NCBI GenBank assembly: GCA_046290225.1
Contig: JBKAGE010000046.1
Location: 1-64,000 of the forward strand
Origin: Bradymonadia bacterium
Lineage (GTDB): Bacteria > Myxococcota_A > Bradymonadia > UBA7976 > UBA1532
DNA: 64,000 bases
Direction of reading: 5' to 3'
Shown: positions 20,897-30,925 of the stretch, in pieces
Layout: every line of letters begins with the position of its first letter
How positions within the stretch are numbered: position 1 is the first letter of the stretch
Position numbers and translations under genes: made by a program
Notes under the pieces: generated by a model
Seen by the model: the letters and a program-made list of their open reading frames with translations, nothing else
Databases searched by the model: none
What the model was told of the DNA's origin: nothing

Positions 20897-22420
20897 ATGG
20901 GCCGACTGGAACGGAAGCTGATCGCGTTGTTGGTGCTGGTGGCGGGCTTGCCCCTGCTGGTGGCCTTCTTGATCTCTCGCGGGGTCTTCGAGCGCTCGAT
21001 ACAGGCGGCGGTCCACCCCGAGATAGAGCAGGGCATCGAAGAGTCGGTGCAGTTCTTCCGAGAGTTCATCCGCGCCGAGAAAGGGCGCCAACGGGCCATC
21101 GCCAGGGGCTTGTCTCAAGACGCCACGTTGGCGGGCCTCGCCGAGGCCCGTGATCGAGATGGCCTCGAGGCCTATCTGCTGCCCTTCGTTCGACGCCCGC
21201 GGGTGCTGAGGCTCAAACTGGAGATCCCTGCCAAGGGTGATCAGCAGGCCCTCACCATCGATCTCACCCCTCACCGGGACGACAACACCACCCGCTGGCG
21301 AGAGGACACCCTCGAGAAGCCCCTCAACGGCAGCGCCGAGCGCGGGGTACTCACGTATACCTATGGCCTGGAGCAAGCGTACTTCGATCGCTTCACCGCC
21401 CTGGAGCATCAGGCGGTGGCCCCCATGGCCGCCATCAAAGCCGACCAGGAGAACCAGGCCGCCATCATGGCCTGGAGCTTCATGGCCAGCTTGGGCCTCG
21501 CTGTGTTGGTGGCCTCCGTACTGGCGGTCTACATCGGCCGGCGGACCACAAGGCGATTGTCGCGGTTACGCCACGCCATGGTGAACGTGGCCGGGGGTGA
21601 TCTTGAGGTCCGGGTGGTGCCAGAGGGCCGCGACGAGGTGGCTGATCTGGCCCGGCACTTCAACGAGATGGCCGACGGCCTCGCCGAAAGCTACGACCGG
21701 GTGCAGTACTTGACACAGATCTCCGCCTGGCAGGGCATCGCCCGACGCATGGCCCACGAGATCAAGAACCCGCTGACGCCGATCCTGCTCTCGGTGCAGC
21801 AGGCGCACAGCCGCTACCGCGGCGACGACACCGGCTTTCGGAAGGTCATCGACACCACCCGGGAGATCGTCGAGGCCGAGGTGGAGACGCTGCGGCGACT
21901 CGTCTCGGAGTTCAGCGAGTTCGCCCGCCTGCCCCAGGTGCAGCTCGAGCCCCTCGATCTGAGCGCGCTGCCCGACGAGCTGAAGATGGCCCACCCCGAG
22001 GTGGAGCACCTCGAGGCCCACTCTGCGGAAAGCCCGGTACAGGCCATGGCAGATCGCGGTCTGCTCAAGCAGGCCTTGAGCAATCTGGTCATCAACGCCT
22101 GGGATGCAGCAAACGAAACAGACGCCCCACCTCAGGTGGCGGTGCACGTGGTGAGCGTGGACAACCACGTACAGATTCACGTGGACGACTCGGGCCCAGG
22201 GGTACCTGCGGACATGCGGGGCAAGATCTTCGAGCCGTATCACACGGGCAAGGCCCACGGCACAGGCCTGGGGCTGGCCATCGTGAAGAAGGTGATCATC
22301 GACCACAAGGGCCGCATCGAAGTCGGTGAGAGCCCCCTCGGAGGGGCACGCTTCACGGTGTGGCTACCCACAAACAACAGGGAGAGTTCAAGACCAGAGG
22401 TCACACCTCACGAGGTCTGA
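20897..22420 (+). CDS. NtrY-like HAMP sensor histidine kinase
   Basis: Two TM, HAMP (GRDEVADLARHFNEM), [46 protein letters not shown]. Confidence 0.92.
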   Translation: MGRLERKLIALLVLVAGLPLLVAFLISRGVFERSIQAAVHPEIEQGIEESVQFFREFIRAEKGRQRAIARGLSQDATLAGLAEARDRDGLEAYLLPFVRRPRVLRLKLEIPAKGDQQALTIDLTPHRDDNTTRWREDTLEKPLNGSAERGVLTYTYGLEQAYFDRFTALEHQAVAPMAAIKADQENQAAIMAWSFMASLGLAVLVASVLAVYIGRRTTRRLSRLRHAMVNVAGGDLEVRVVPEGRDEVADLARHFNEMADGLAESYDRVQYLTQISAWQGIARRMAHEIKNPLTPILLSVQQAHSRYRGDDTGFRKVIDTTREIVEAEVETLRRLVSEFSEFARLPQVQLEPLDLSALPDELKMAHPEVEHLEAHSAESPVQAMADRGLLKQALSNLVINAWDAANETDAPPQVAVHVVSVDNHVQIHVDDSGPGVPADMRGKIFEPYHTGKAHGTGLGLAIVKKVIIDHKGRIEVGESPLGGARFTVWLPTNNRESSRPEVTPHEV

Positions 22421-22457
22421 GACCGATACCCTGACACACAGCGCTGGTGACGGCGGG

Positions 22458-22486
22458 TTGTCAACCCAGACGCCCTTCTGTAACCT
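22458..22486 (+). promoter_or_regulatory. Putative sigma70-type promoter of the NYN gene, followed by palindrome CCGGAATTCCGG (22500-22511)
   Basis: TTGTCA-N17-TAACCT. Confidence 0.45.
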
Positions 22487-22574
22487 GCTGCGGTTTTCAC
22501 CGGAATTCCGGCACCTGGCACCCTAGATGGTGCTTTTTATCAGCCGCCCATTATCAAGCGTTCAGTTGAGTTCT

Positions 22575-23075
22575 ATGGCAACCACTCTCCCCCACCAGCG
22601 TCTGGCCATTCTGGTCGACACCGCCAACATGTACCACAGCGCTAAGAGCCTCTATCGAGGGCGCCTGGACTACCGCCGTCTGATGGACTTCATCAGCCAG
22701 GAGCGGCACCTGGTCCGGGCCATCGCCTATGTGGTCCGCAGCGAAGATGTCGACATCACCCCCTTCCTCGATGCCCTCGAAGCCGTGGGCTTCGAGACCC
22801 GAGTGAAGATGCTCAAGCGCCGCAATGACGGCAGCCCTCGCGGTGACTGGGATGTGGGGATCGCCCTCGACGCCCTCGAGCTGAGCCAGCGCGTCGACGT
22901 CATCTCCCTGGTGAGCGGTGACGGTGACTTCGTCGAGCTCGTGGAGCACCTGCGCCCCCGTGGGGTCCGTGTGGAAGTCTTCGCCTTCGACGACTCGGTC
23001 TCCGCCGATCTGCGCAGCAAGGCCCACGCCTACTTCCCCCTCGATCGCAGCCTGATCCTCGACTCCCGAGGCTGA
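22575..23075 (+). CDS. NYN domain protein (LabA/DUF88, PIN-like)
   Basis: AILVDTANMY, GDWDVGIALD, LVSGDGDF..LV..L...G.RVEV; alternative start 22527. Confidence 0.9.
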   Translation: MATTLPHQRLAILVDTANMYHSAKSLYRGRLDYRRLMDFISQERHLVRAIAYVVRSEDVDITPFLDALEAVGFETRVKMLKRRNDGSPRGDWDVGIALDALELSQRVDVISLVSGDGDFVELVEHLRPRGVRVEVFAFDDSVSADLRSKAHAYFPLDRSLILDSRG

Positions 23076-23339
23076 GCCGCAGAGCATCCCGCCCCCCTCC
23101 GCCTGTTTCAGCCCCAGTTTCCCGGCCCCAGTCTCCCAGACACAGTCTCCCAGCCCCTGCCTCGATTCACCTGAGACACCCCACTGCGATGTGGGGTCAG
23201 TTCAAGCGAACCCGCACTTTTGTCGACACACCATAAGTCTGCCCTTCGAGGCGGGTCGTGGCTGTGAGAGGGCAGTGGGAAAAACGTTCGTCCCGCAAAA
23301 TAACGCGGAGGGGTCAGTTTGAGGGCACAATGGCTCACC

Positions 23340-25880
23340 ATGGTGAAGGAAGACCGTTTTGAGCTCTCCTTGAGGGCGCTGGGCTGGCTCACGGGGTTGA
23401 TCCTGGTGGCGGCCCCTCTGGCCATCGGCGGCACGCGTCGAGAGGCACAGATCATCTTTGCCGCGGGCACGCTCATCACCCTCGTCGCGCTGGCCTACAC
23501 CCGCCTCGGCCGAGACGGCTTCCGCATTCCGTGGCCTGTCTGGGGGCCCATCGCCCTCATCGCCCTCGGGTTGTTGCAGCTGATGCCGTTGCCGCCGAGC
23601 CTCATCGAGACGTTGTCCCCCCGCACGCACGAGATTCTGACCTACTCCTTGGCGGATCTCGGGCTGTACGGCCCTGATCACTGGCGACCGCTCTCGCTCG
23701 ATCCTGCGGCGACGTGGCTTTCCGTGTTTCAACAAGGGGCCTTCGTGGCCACCCTCATCGTGTGCCTGAACCTCGGTCACAGAAACGCCCGTACCATCGA
23801 GGGCGCCCTGGTTTGGGGCTCGGCCCTGGTGGCCGCCATCGGCCTCGCCCACTGGGCCACTGGCGCAGAGCAGATCTTCGGGGTGTACCAGGCCCTCGAT
23901 CGCTCGGAGATGACCGGCTACTTCTCCACCTTCGTAAACAACAACACCCTTGCAGGCTACCTGACCCTGGGCACCCTCGTCGGTCTGGGCCGCCTCGCGC
24001 AAACGCAACAACAGCGCACTCGTCAGGCCATGGTGGTGTGTACGGCCTTGTCCACGGTGGGGGTGGTTCTCGCCGCCTCTCGTGGGGGTCACATCGCCCT
24101 CGCCGTGGGGCTGGTGATTTTCTGGGCCTTCGCCCACGCCCCTGGCCAGAGCCGGCAACCCGATGCCAAGCGTAAACAAGCGCGCCTCTTCGCCACCTCG
24201 GGCCTGCTCATCGGCGCCGTGGGGATCCTGGTGGCCTTCGTGGTCCTGCCGGACTGGCAGGTGGTCCTCGAAGACATGCCTCGTACTGAAGACAAGCTCG
24301 CCATCTGGCAGGACACCCTGCCCTATGTGGGCGACTTCTGGCTCACTGGCAGCGGCCGGGGCTCGTTCCACATGGTGTTCCCCCTCTATCAGGACCTCAA
24401 AGTCTCGGGCTCGGTGAGCCACCCGGAAAACATCCTGCTCCAACACGCTGCGGAGTGGGGGGTGCTGGGCCTCATCTTCGCCGTGGGCTTTGGCCTCGCC
24501 GCCTGGGCGTACATCGCCCGTGGCCTCACTCGTCGTACAGATCCAGTGCGCTGGGGTCTCGTGGCTGGCCTCGCCGCCGTGGGCCTGCAGCAGCTCGTGG
24601 ATTATGGCTTCGAGTCCGCGGGGCAAGCCTTGCCCGTAGCCGCGGCGCTCGGTCTCGCCATCGGGCGAGTGCAGCTCAAGGCCCGCAAGCCTCAACCCAA
24701 GCGCGTGCCAGCCCTGGCGCTGAGCACCCTCGTCCTTGGCCTGGGCATCGCGGGCTTGCTCGCATGGAAGGGCCCCCTCGCAGTGGCTCACTCTCCTGCG
24801 GAGGCCACCACCGCACTGAGGCAAGATGGGCTTGATGCCAAAGCCCTCGTGGCGGCAGGCACCGAGGCCGCTGCGCTTCACCCCGCCGATTACTTGATCC
24901 CGCTCACCGTCGCCGCCCGACTGGCGAATGATCCCGAGGCCTCCATGGCGGAGATGCTGCGGTGGGTGAACCGCGCCATCTTCTTGTTCCCTGAAGGGGG
25001 TCGCGCCCACCTGCTCGCTGCCCGCCTGTTCATCAGGGCCGGGCGCCCGTCTCAAGCGACGGTGGAGTACCGCATGGCCATCGCCGCGGAGCCCTGGCGG
25101 GACAACATCCTCACCCGTGAGGTGATCGCGCAGTTCAAGGATCCGCTGCGCATGCTGCAGGCCGTGCCCGACGTGCCCGCCCAACAACACCGTCTCGTCG
25201 ATCAACTGCTCCAACAAGGCGAGCGCACCAAAGCGCGGACGGTCCTCGATCAAGTGCTGCTGTTCCACCCTGATGATCTCGAAGCGCTCATTCGACTCGG
25301 AGCCCTGTGTCTGCGGACGCGAGACATCAAATGCGCCGAGCGCGCAGCGACTCAGCTCGTCAAAGACGGCCGCCCAGGAGATGGCTATGCCTTCAAAGCC
25401 CTGTTGGCGGCCCGGGCCGGTGAGACCGAAGCCGCTCGCCTCGCGCTCAAGGCCGCCGAGCAGGCTGGCCCCCTCGGTGTGGGGCAGCAGCGGCGTGTGG
25501 TGCAGGTGTACTGGACCCTCAAAGACATCGAAGGTGCCCGCAAGGCCATCGACGGACTGTGGCGTCGGGTGGCCCTCGACGATGGCTCTGCCGCCTCTGC
25601 ACTGATGCTCCAGGGTCGAGTCGAAGCCGATATTGGGGATCGCCGTCGAGCCATCAAAGCCTTCAGCGAGGCCGTTCGACGACACCCGAGCCCCGATCTG
25701 GCCCTCAAGGCGGCCTCTCAGATCCTCGCTCAGGGGCAAACAGATTCAGCGCGGGCGTTGCTCGACGAGGCCCTGGCCCAGTTTCCCGAAGACGACCGCC
25801 TCAGGCGTCGACGGGCCAGCCTCGACGCCCCCCTCGATTCACGACAGAATACCGCCCCACAGGGTGAGATCAGGCCATAG
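23340..25880 (+). CDS. O-antigen ligase/Wzy_C family membrane protein with C-terminal TPR repeats
   Basis: About 12 TM, TFVNNN.LAGYL, SRGG, W.D......W.TGSG.G.F, HPEN..LQ.AAEWG..G, helical TPR tail. Confidence 0.85.
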   Translation: MVKEDRFELSLRALGWLTGLILVAAPLAIGGTRREAQIIFAAGTLITLVALAYTRLGRDGFRIPWPVWGPIALIALGLLQLMPLPPSLIETLSPRTHEILTYSLADLGLYGPDHWRPLSLDPAATWLSVFQQGAFVATLIVCLNLGHRNARTIEGALVWGSALVAAIGLAHWATGAEQIFGVYQALDRSEMTGYFSTFVNNNTLAGYLTLGTLVGLGRLAQTQQQRTRQAMVVCTALSTVGVVLAASRGGHIALAVGLVIFWAFAHAPGQSRQPDAKRKQARLFATSGLLIGAVGILVAFVVLPDWQVVLEDMPRTEDKLAIWQDTLPYVGDFWLTGSGRGSFHMVFPLYQDLKVSGSVSHPENILLQHAAEWGVLGLIFAVGFGLAAWAYIARGLTRRTDPVRWGLVAGLAAVGLQQLVDYGFESAGQALPVAAALGLAIGRVQLKARKPQPKRVPALALSTLVLGLGIAGLLAWKGPLAVAHSPAEATTALRQDGLDAKALVAAGTEAAALHPADYLIPLTVAARLANDPEASMAEMLRWVNRAIFLFPEGGRAHLLAARLFIRAGRPSQATVEYRMAIAAEPWRDNILTREVIAQFKDPLRMLQAVPDVPAQQHRLVDQLLQQGERTKARTVLDQVLLFHPDDLEALIRLGALCLRTRDIKCAERAATQLVKDGRPGDGYAFKALLAARAGETEAARLALKAAEQAGPLGVGQQRRVVQVYWTLKDIEGARKAIDGLWRRVALDDGSAASALMLQGRVEADIGDRRRAIKAFSEAVRRHPSPDLALKAASQILAQGQTDSARALLDEALAQFPEDDRLRRRRASLDAPLDSRQNTAPQGEIRP

Positions 25881-25889
25881 GAGATCGGC

Positions 25890-27629
25890 ATGTACATTCT
25901 GGGCATCAACGCGTTCCACGGTGACGCTTCTGCCGCCCTCTTGAAAGATGGCCAGCTGGTGTGCGCCGTTGAGGAAGAGCGGCTCAACCGGGTCAAGCAC
26001 TGCGCCGGCTTCCCCAGCCTCGCGGTGAAGGCCTGTCTCGATCAGGCAGGCATCAAGCCCGAAGAGCTGGACCACGTGGCCATCGGCCGGGATCCGAGCG
26101 CCAACCTCGTGCGCAAGATCCTGTTCACCCTGCTCCGACGCCCCGACGTGAAGAAGATCGTCGAGAGCCGCCTGAAGAACGCCGGTGAGGTGAAGAACGT
26201 CATGGGCCACGTCGCCGAGGCCCTCGGCGTACCGGAGCACGGGTTGCGGGCCAAGCTGCACAACGTGGAGCACCACCGGGCTCACCTCGCGAGCACCTTC
26301 TTCGCCAGCCCCTTCGAAGACGCCGCCCTGCTCACCATCGACGGCTTCGGCGACTTTGTGAGCACCATGCGCGGTGTGGGCCACGGCACCCACTTCGAGG
26401 TGTACGATCAGGTCGAGTTCCCTCACAGCCTGGGCATCTTGTACACCGCCACCACCCAGTGGCTCGGGTTCCCCCGCTATGGCGATGAGGGCAAGGTCAT
26501 GGGTCTCGCCCCTTACGGCCGGGTGACCCAGCTCGACAAGTTCCTGCAGCTGCTCGACCTCAAGGACGACGGGCTCTTCGCCCTCGATCTCGACCACTTC
26601 CTGCATCACAGCGAGGGGGTGGCCATGAACTGGGACGAGGGCAGCCCCACTCTGGGGCGCATCTTCAGCGAGAAGTTCATCGAGCTCTTCGGCCCCCCAC
26701 GAGAGGGCGGTACTGAGATCACCGACTACCACATGGACGTCGCAGCAAGCCTGCAGGCGGCCCTGGAAGAGGCCTGGTGGCATCTGCTCAGCGGTCTGCA
26801 CGAGAAGACCGGCCTCGATTCTGTCTCTCTCGCCGGTGGTGTAGCCCTGAACTCAGTGGCCAACGGCAAGATCTTGCGCAACACCCCCTTCAAGAAGGTC
26901 TTCGTCCAGCCTGCAGCGGGCGACAACGGCACCAGCCTCGGTGCAGCGCTGTACGTGTGGCACCAGGAGATGAAGAAGCCCCGCAGCTGGGTGATGGACC
27001 ACGCCTACACCGGGCCCTCGTACGATCGGGCGGCCTGTATCGCCGCCGCCGAGGAGGCGGGGCTGAGCTACACCACCTATGAAGACACCGACGCCCTGTG
27101 CGCCGAGACGGCGAAGCTCATCAGTGAGGGCAACGTGGTGGGCTGGTTCCAGGGTCAGATGGAGTTCGGGCCCCGGGCGCTGGGCAACCGGAGCATTGTC
27201 GCCGACCCTCGCCGAGCGGAGATGAAGGATATCCTCAACGCCCGCATCAAGCAGCGCGAGCCCTTCCGCCCCTTCGCCCCCTCAGTGCTCGAAGAAGAGA
27301 CGGCGAACTGGTTCACCGAGGATCATCCCTCGCCCTGCATGCTCATGGTGTACCCGGTGCGCCCCGGCAAGCGCCGCAAGGTGCCCGCCATCACCCACGT
27401 GGACGGCAGCGGCCGCCTGCAAACAGTGAGCAAGCGCACCAACCCCCGCTACTGGCAGCTCATCAAGTCGTTCGAAGACATCACCGGGGTGCCTATGGTA
27501 CTCAACACGAGCTTCAACGAGAACGAGCCCGTGGTGTGCACCCCAGCCCACGCCGTGGCCTGCTTCACCCGCACCAAGATGGACGTCCTGGTCCTCGGCG
27601 ATCTGATCATCCACCGCCCTGACCGTTAA
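25890..27629 (+). CDS. Carbamoyltransferase (NodU/CmcH family)
   Basis: HGDASAAL...EEER..R.KH, EHHRAH, DGFG, EGKVMGLAPYG, GGVALNS, EFGPRALGNRS, REPFRPFAPS, HVDGSGRLQTV, LNTSFN. Confidence 0.95.
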   Translation: MYILGINAFHGDASAALLKDGQLVCAVEEERLNRVKHCAGFPSLAVKACLDQAGIKPEELDHVAIGRDPSANLVRKILFTLLRRPDVKKIVESRLKNAGEVKNVMGHVAEALGVPEHGLRAKLHNVEHHRAHLASTFFASPFEDAALLTIDGFGDFVSTMRGVGHGTHFEVYDQVEFPHSLGILYTATTQWLGFPRYGDEGKVMGLAPYGRVTQLDKFLQLLDLKDDGLFALDLDHFLHHSEGVAMNWDEGSPTLGRIFSEKFIELFGPPREGGTEITDYHMDVAASLQAALEEAWWHLLSGLHEKTGLDSVSLAGGVALNSVANGKILRNTPFKKVFVQPAAGDNGTSLGAALYVWHQEMKKPRSWVMDHAYTGPSYDRAACIAAAEEAGLSYTTYEDTDALCAETAKLISEGNVVGWFQGQMEFGPRALGNRSIVADPRRAEMKDILNARIKQREPFRPFAPSVLEEETANWFTEDHPSPCMLMVYPVRPGKRRKVPAITHVDGSGRLQTVSKRTNPRYWQLIKSFEDITGVPMVLNTSFNENEPVVCTPAHAVACFTRTKMDVLVLGDLIIHRPDR

Positions 27630-27631
27630 AA

Positions 27632-27668
27632 CTCAGCAACACTGAAGCTCAGCAACACTGAAGCTCAG
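27632..27668. repeat. 16-bp tandem duplication between convergent stop codons
   Basis: CTCAGCAACACTGAAG twice plus CTCAG. Confidence 0.85.
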
Positions 27669-30600
27669 GGCCGCTCTGCCCTGAAGACCCTCCCGGTGTG
27701 CGTCAGCACCAGCAAGGCCCCATCAGCGAGCCACGTCACTGTCGAGATGGCGTTCCCCTTCAAACGCTGAGCACCCATTGAGCCCACCAGCTCTCCTGTT
27801 TTGATGTCATAAATGGCCAGCCAGTGATCTCCAGGCACGGCCAGCAGGCCGTCTTCGCTCACGGCGAGTCGGTTGAAGAGCCCGAAGCCTGTGCTGATAC
27901 GCCACCTCAAGGTCTGTGTTTCGATGTCCCAGACCCTCACGGTGTGATCCGTGGCGCCCGTGACGAAGACGCCGAGCTCAGGATGCCAGTCGATGGAGCA
28001 TACGTTGGCGTGGGGGTTGCCCTCTTCGTACTTGTCTGCGCCGTGGCCCTTGAAGACCCAGGGCCTGGCCCCATCCGTGTCGAAGTGCATCACCCAGCCC
28101 GCTTCGTTCCCGGCGAACACCCCACCCTCTGATGCAGGGCAGAGCGAGTTCAGCCGGTTGGTCTGCACGCTGTGCTGCGTGGTCATGTCCGGGAGGCTGA
28201 CCCATCGCAGCTCGCTGCCGTCACCACACGCCACACGATCATCGAGGACGGCGATGGCGTCCGCGCGGCCCTCGGACTCACCGACGAGCTCTCCGTCTGA
28301 GAGGCGGATGAGCCTGAGCGATGTGCGGGTGCCCACCACGAGGTGCTCGGCACCCCAGAGAGCCATCGACTCCACAAGCCCACTGACGTCGCGCACGAGC
28401 ACCCCGTCTCCACCGGCAGCAGGCCATCGCACGATCTGGCCATGCCACCCGACGGCGATCACGTCACCGTCGGGATGCTCCAACGCCGCCATTATCCGTG
28501 TGCGAATCGTCGCCGCCTCGGGGATCTGATGGACGCCATCCCGAATCACCTGCACGACACCGGCGCCACCCGCGGCATAGACCTGCTCCCCATCGGGGGT
28601 CATCGCCATGGCCCAGAGGGTGCCAGAAGCATCGGCGTATTCGGTGCTGGTGCCATCTGCGGCGAAGTGGATCAGGCCTGCCTTCTCAGTGGCTGCCCAC
28701 AGGCCCCCAGATGCATCGAACTGCAGTCGAGTCACGCCTGCGGCGGGCAGCAGGCTCTTCTTCTTGAGCGTGCCCGGCCGACACACGGTGATGTTGGCAC
28801 CTTCTCCTGCAAAGAGGGCTGCGCCGTCTGCCCTGACCGCCACGGCCCACACCCCATCGCGTTTGTTCACGCGCTCCGAGGTCTCGGTCTCGGGATCATA
28901 GATCTCCACCCAGCTCTTCGAGCCTCGGCTCTTCTTCGCGTGGGCCAGCAACAGACGGCTGTCGGGCAGGAAGGCGATGTCCTGGTAGCTGCCTTCACCG
29001 GGGTGATGTACCCACTGGGGCTTGCCCTTTTTCACATCCCAGCAGATGAGACGCCCGTCTTCTCCACCGGTGAACAGCCCGGCCTCACCCCACGCGATGG
29101 CCCGCACGCCATTGGGTACGCCACTGTGCCCCTTGAGCGTCTTCACCTGCTTCTTCGAGGCCACATCCATGATCCAGACGTGACCTCCGTGGCAACAGAT
29201 CGCCAGCTGACGACCATCAGGGCTGAAAGCGCAGTCGTACACCCAGCCGTAGATCTCGAAGGGATCGATGGTCTCTCCATCGTTCACGTCTACGAGACAG
29301 AGCAGACCCTCTCCGGCGAGGGCCAGCTTCTCGCCATTGGGGCTCAGCGCCATGCCGTTGATCTTGCGCCCGATGTGCCAGGGCGCGTTGTCGAGCTGAC
29401 GCGCCGGCCAGGGCTTCTCGGGCATCTCACTCCGTTCGGGCCTCGGCATCTCGCCGTCGCCGAGGATAAGATGCTGAATCCACGGGCTGGTGCTGCCCTC
29501 AAGCAGACGGGTCATCTCCCCCTTTGATTGCTGCGAGAGGTACTTCAGCGCGGTGTAAGCAGGCTCCGAGGCGCTGCCCACGCTGCTGATCCAGATGTTC
29601 TCGATGCGCTCGAGCCAATGACGGCAACCCTTGATGAGTTCAATGCGCAGGGTGTCGGGGTAGTCACCCAGCGCCCCCTTGAGGGTGCTGATGATGCGAG
29701 CCTGGCCGAGGGTGGTGTCATCGAGCAGCGCCTCCGTGAGGGCTTCAGGGCCTTCGAGCTGCAGTGCCACCTGGCACCGAGCATCGTCCCACGGCTTCAA
29801 TTTCAGAGCTGGCAAAGCGAGCTTCGCCCGGGCCCGGGCGCCCAATGGCTGTAGCTCCGGCTCATATGCATTCGCCCACCGCGCGACATGGCGCAGCTCG
29901 TCTTCGTCACCACCGAGCAGGAAGGCTTCGCCCACAAGTCGCTGAATCAGAGGCCAGTGCTTGTCCTTGGGCCAACCATAGCGGACCAGCTGGAGCCCCT
30001 CTCGCAGGTGGCGAGCGCTCTCGACCGCCTTTTGACGCCACGTGGCGTCGTGTACCGCGAGGGGCAACGTCGCCGCGAGACGGGCCACGAGATCAGTGGG
30101 ATCATGGCCGAGACGTGAGTCGTACACCTGCTCGAAATGCGCGTTCCCCTCTTCACCGGCCATGTGCATGACCGTCAGCGCAACCAGAGGGCCGAGGCTG
30201 TCGAAGGCAAAGGCCGCGAGCAGCCCGCGCGCTTCGGGCACGCACCCTGCCGCGCGCACGAGGGCACCACCGACATCCTCTGGCCAGTAGGCCTCCTCCC
30301 TGAGCGGGCCTCTGGGCAGCTCTCCAGGCGTCAGCGACCGCAAGCCCTCGCTTCTGTAGCCTCGATCGAGACCATAGCGCTCCAGCGACCACGACGAGAG
30401 ATCTCGCAGGACCGCGACGAGGTGCTCGTGGGCCTGCGCGTCACCGTGCCGTGCAGCGAGGACCGACTGAGCCAGGCGCTCAGCGCCCGTGCCTGGTGTA
30501 TCCCAGGCGAGCGCTCGATCTTTCGCGTGAGAGGAAGCTGCGAGGCACAGCAGCGTGTGCTCTTCGACCCCCTTAGGCAACACGTCCCGGACTGGCCGCC

Positions 30601-30874
30601 CGAGTTCTACCCCCATGGCCAGAGCGCCCCAGAGTGCATTGGGTGTGTCGGTGTAAAGCCGGCTGGCAAGCCAGGGGGCAGCGATGCCAGGCCCTTCCAG
30701 CCTCATGGCGCTCAACGCCCCCGAGCTGTTGCTCGACGTCTTCTGTGCTCGCAGCGCCTGAAGTGCCAGATCGGGGCTCTGAGGGATCAGCTCAGCAATG
30801 CGCTCTTCCAGGGCGTTCGGCTCGGTGGCCAGCGACCACAAGGCGTCAAGGTCGGCCTTCGACGGCTCACTCAC
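27665..30874 (-). CDS. Large protein with helical N-terminal half and C-terminal WD40 beta-propellers
   Basis: LSPNGEKLA, FSPDGRQLA, LKGH...TGGEDGRLICWD, TGATDHTVRVWD; GTG start with GGAG RBS; no signal peptide. Confidence 0.8.
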   Translation of the reverse strand: MSEPSKADLDALWSLATEPNALEERIAELIPQSPDLALQALRAQKTSSNSSGALSAMRLEGPGIAAPWLASRLYTDTPNALWGALAMGVELGRPVRDVLPKGVEEHTLLCLAASSHAKDRALAWDTPGTGAERLAQSVLAARHGDAQAHEHLVAVLRDLSSWSLERYGLDRGYRSEGLRSLTPGELPRGPLREEAYWPEDVGGALVRAAGCVPEARGLLAAFAFDSLGPLVALTVMHMAGEEGNAHFEQVYDSRLGHDPTDLVARLAATLPLAVHDATWRQKAVESARHLREGLQLVRYGWPKDKHWPLIQRLVGEAFLLGGDEDELRHVARWANAYEPELQPLGARARAKLALPALKLKPWDDARCQVALQLEGPEALTEALLDDTTLGQARIISTLKGALGDYPDTLRIELIKGCRHWLERIENIWISSVGSASEPAYTALKYLSQQSKGEMTRLLEGSTSPWIQHLILGDGEMPRPERSEMPEKPWPARQLDNAPWHIGRKINGMALSPNGEKLALAGEGLLCLVDVNDGETIDPFEIYGWVYDCAFSPDGRQLAICCHGGHVWIMDVASKKQVKTLKGHSGVPNGVRAIAWGEAGLFTGGEDGRLICWDVKKGKPQWVHHPGEGSYQDIAFLPDSRLLLAHAKKSRGSKSWVEIYDPETETSERVNKRDGVWAVAVRADGAALFAGEGANITVCRPGTLKKKSLLPAAGVTRLQFDASGGLWAATEKAGLIHFAADGTSTEYADASGTLWAMAMTPDGEQVYAAGGAGVVQVIRDGVHQIPEAATIRTRIMAALEHPDGDVIAVGWHGQIVRWPAAGGDGVLVRDVSGLVESMALWGAEHLVVGTRTSLRLIRLSDGELVGESEGRADAIAVLDDRVACGDGSELRWVSLPDMTTQHSVQTNRLNSLCPASEGGVFAGNEAGWVMHFDTDGARPWVFKGHGADKYEEGNPHANVCSIDWHPELGVFVTGATDHTVRVWDIETQTLRWRISTGFGLFNRLAVSEDGLLAVPGDHWLAIYDIKTGELVGSMGAQRLKGNAISTVTWLADGALLVLTHTGRVFRAERP

Positions 30875-30925
30875 AGGGCATCTCCAGATGGGTCTTCGGG
30901 GCGCCACCTGAGCCTGAGAGCACCC

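Noticed and set aside
23110..23160. Imperfect CAGT(C/T)TCCC repeats after the NYN gene
   Set aside because: Three short degenerate units with no second locus or structure to support a function
23202..25739. 845-aa minus-strand ORF
   Set aside because: Antisense to the O-antigen ligase-TPR gene; no motifs
22575..30874. NYN nuclease plus WD40 protein as an anti-phage system
   Set aside because: Not adjacent or co-oriented; standalone LabA-type NYN genes are common and no other defence genes are present
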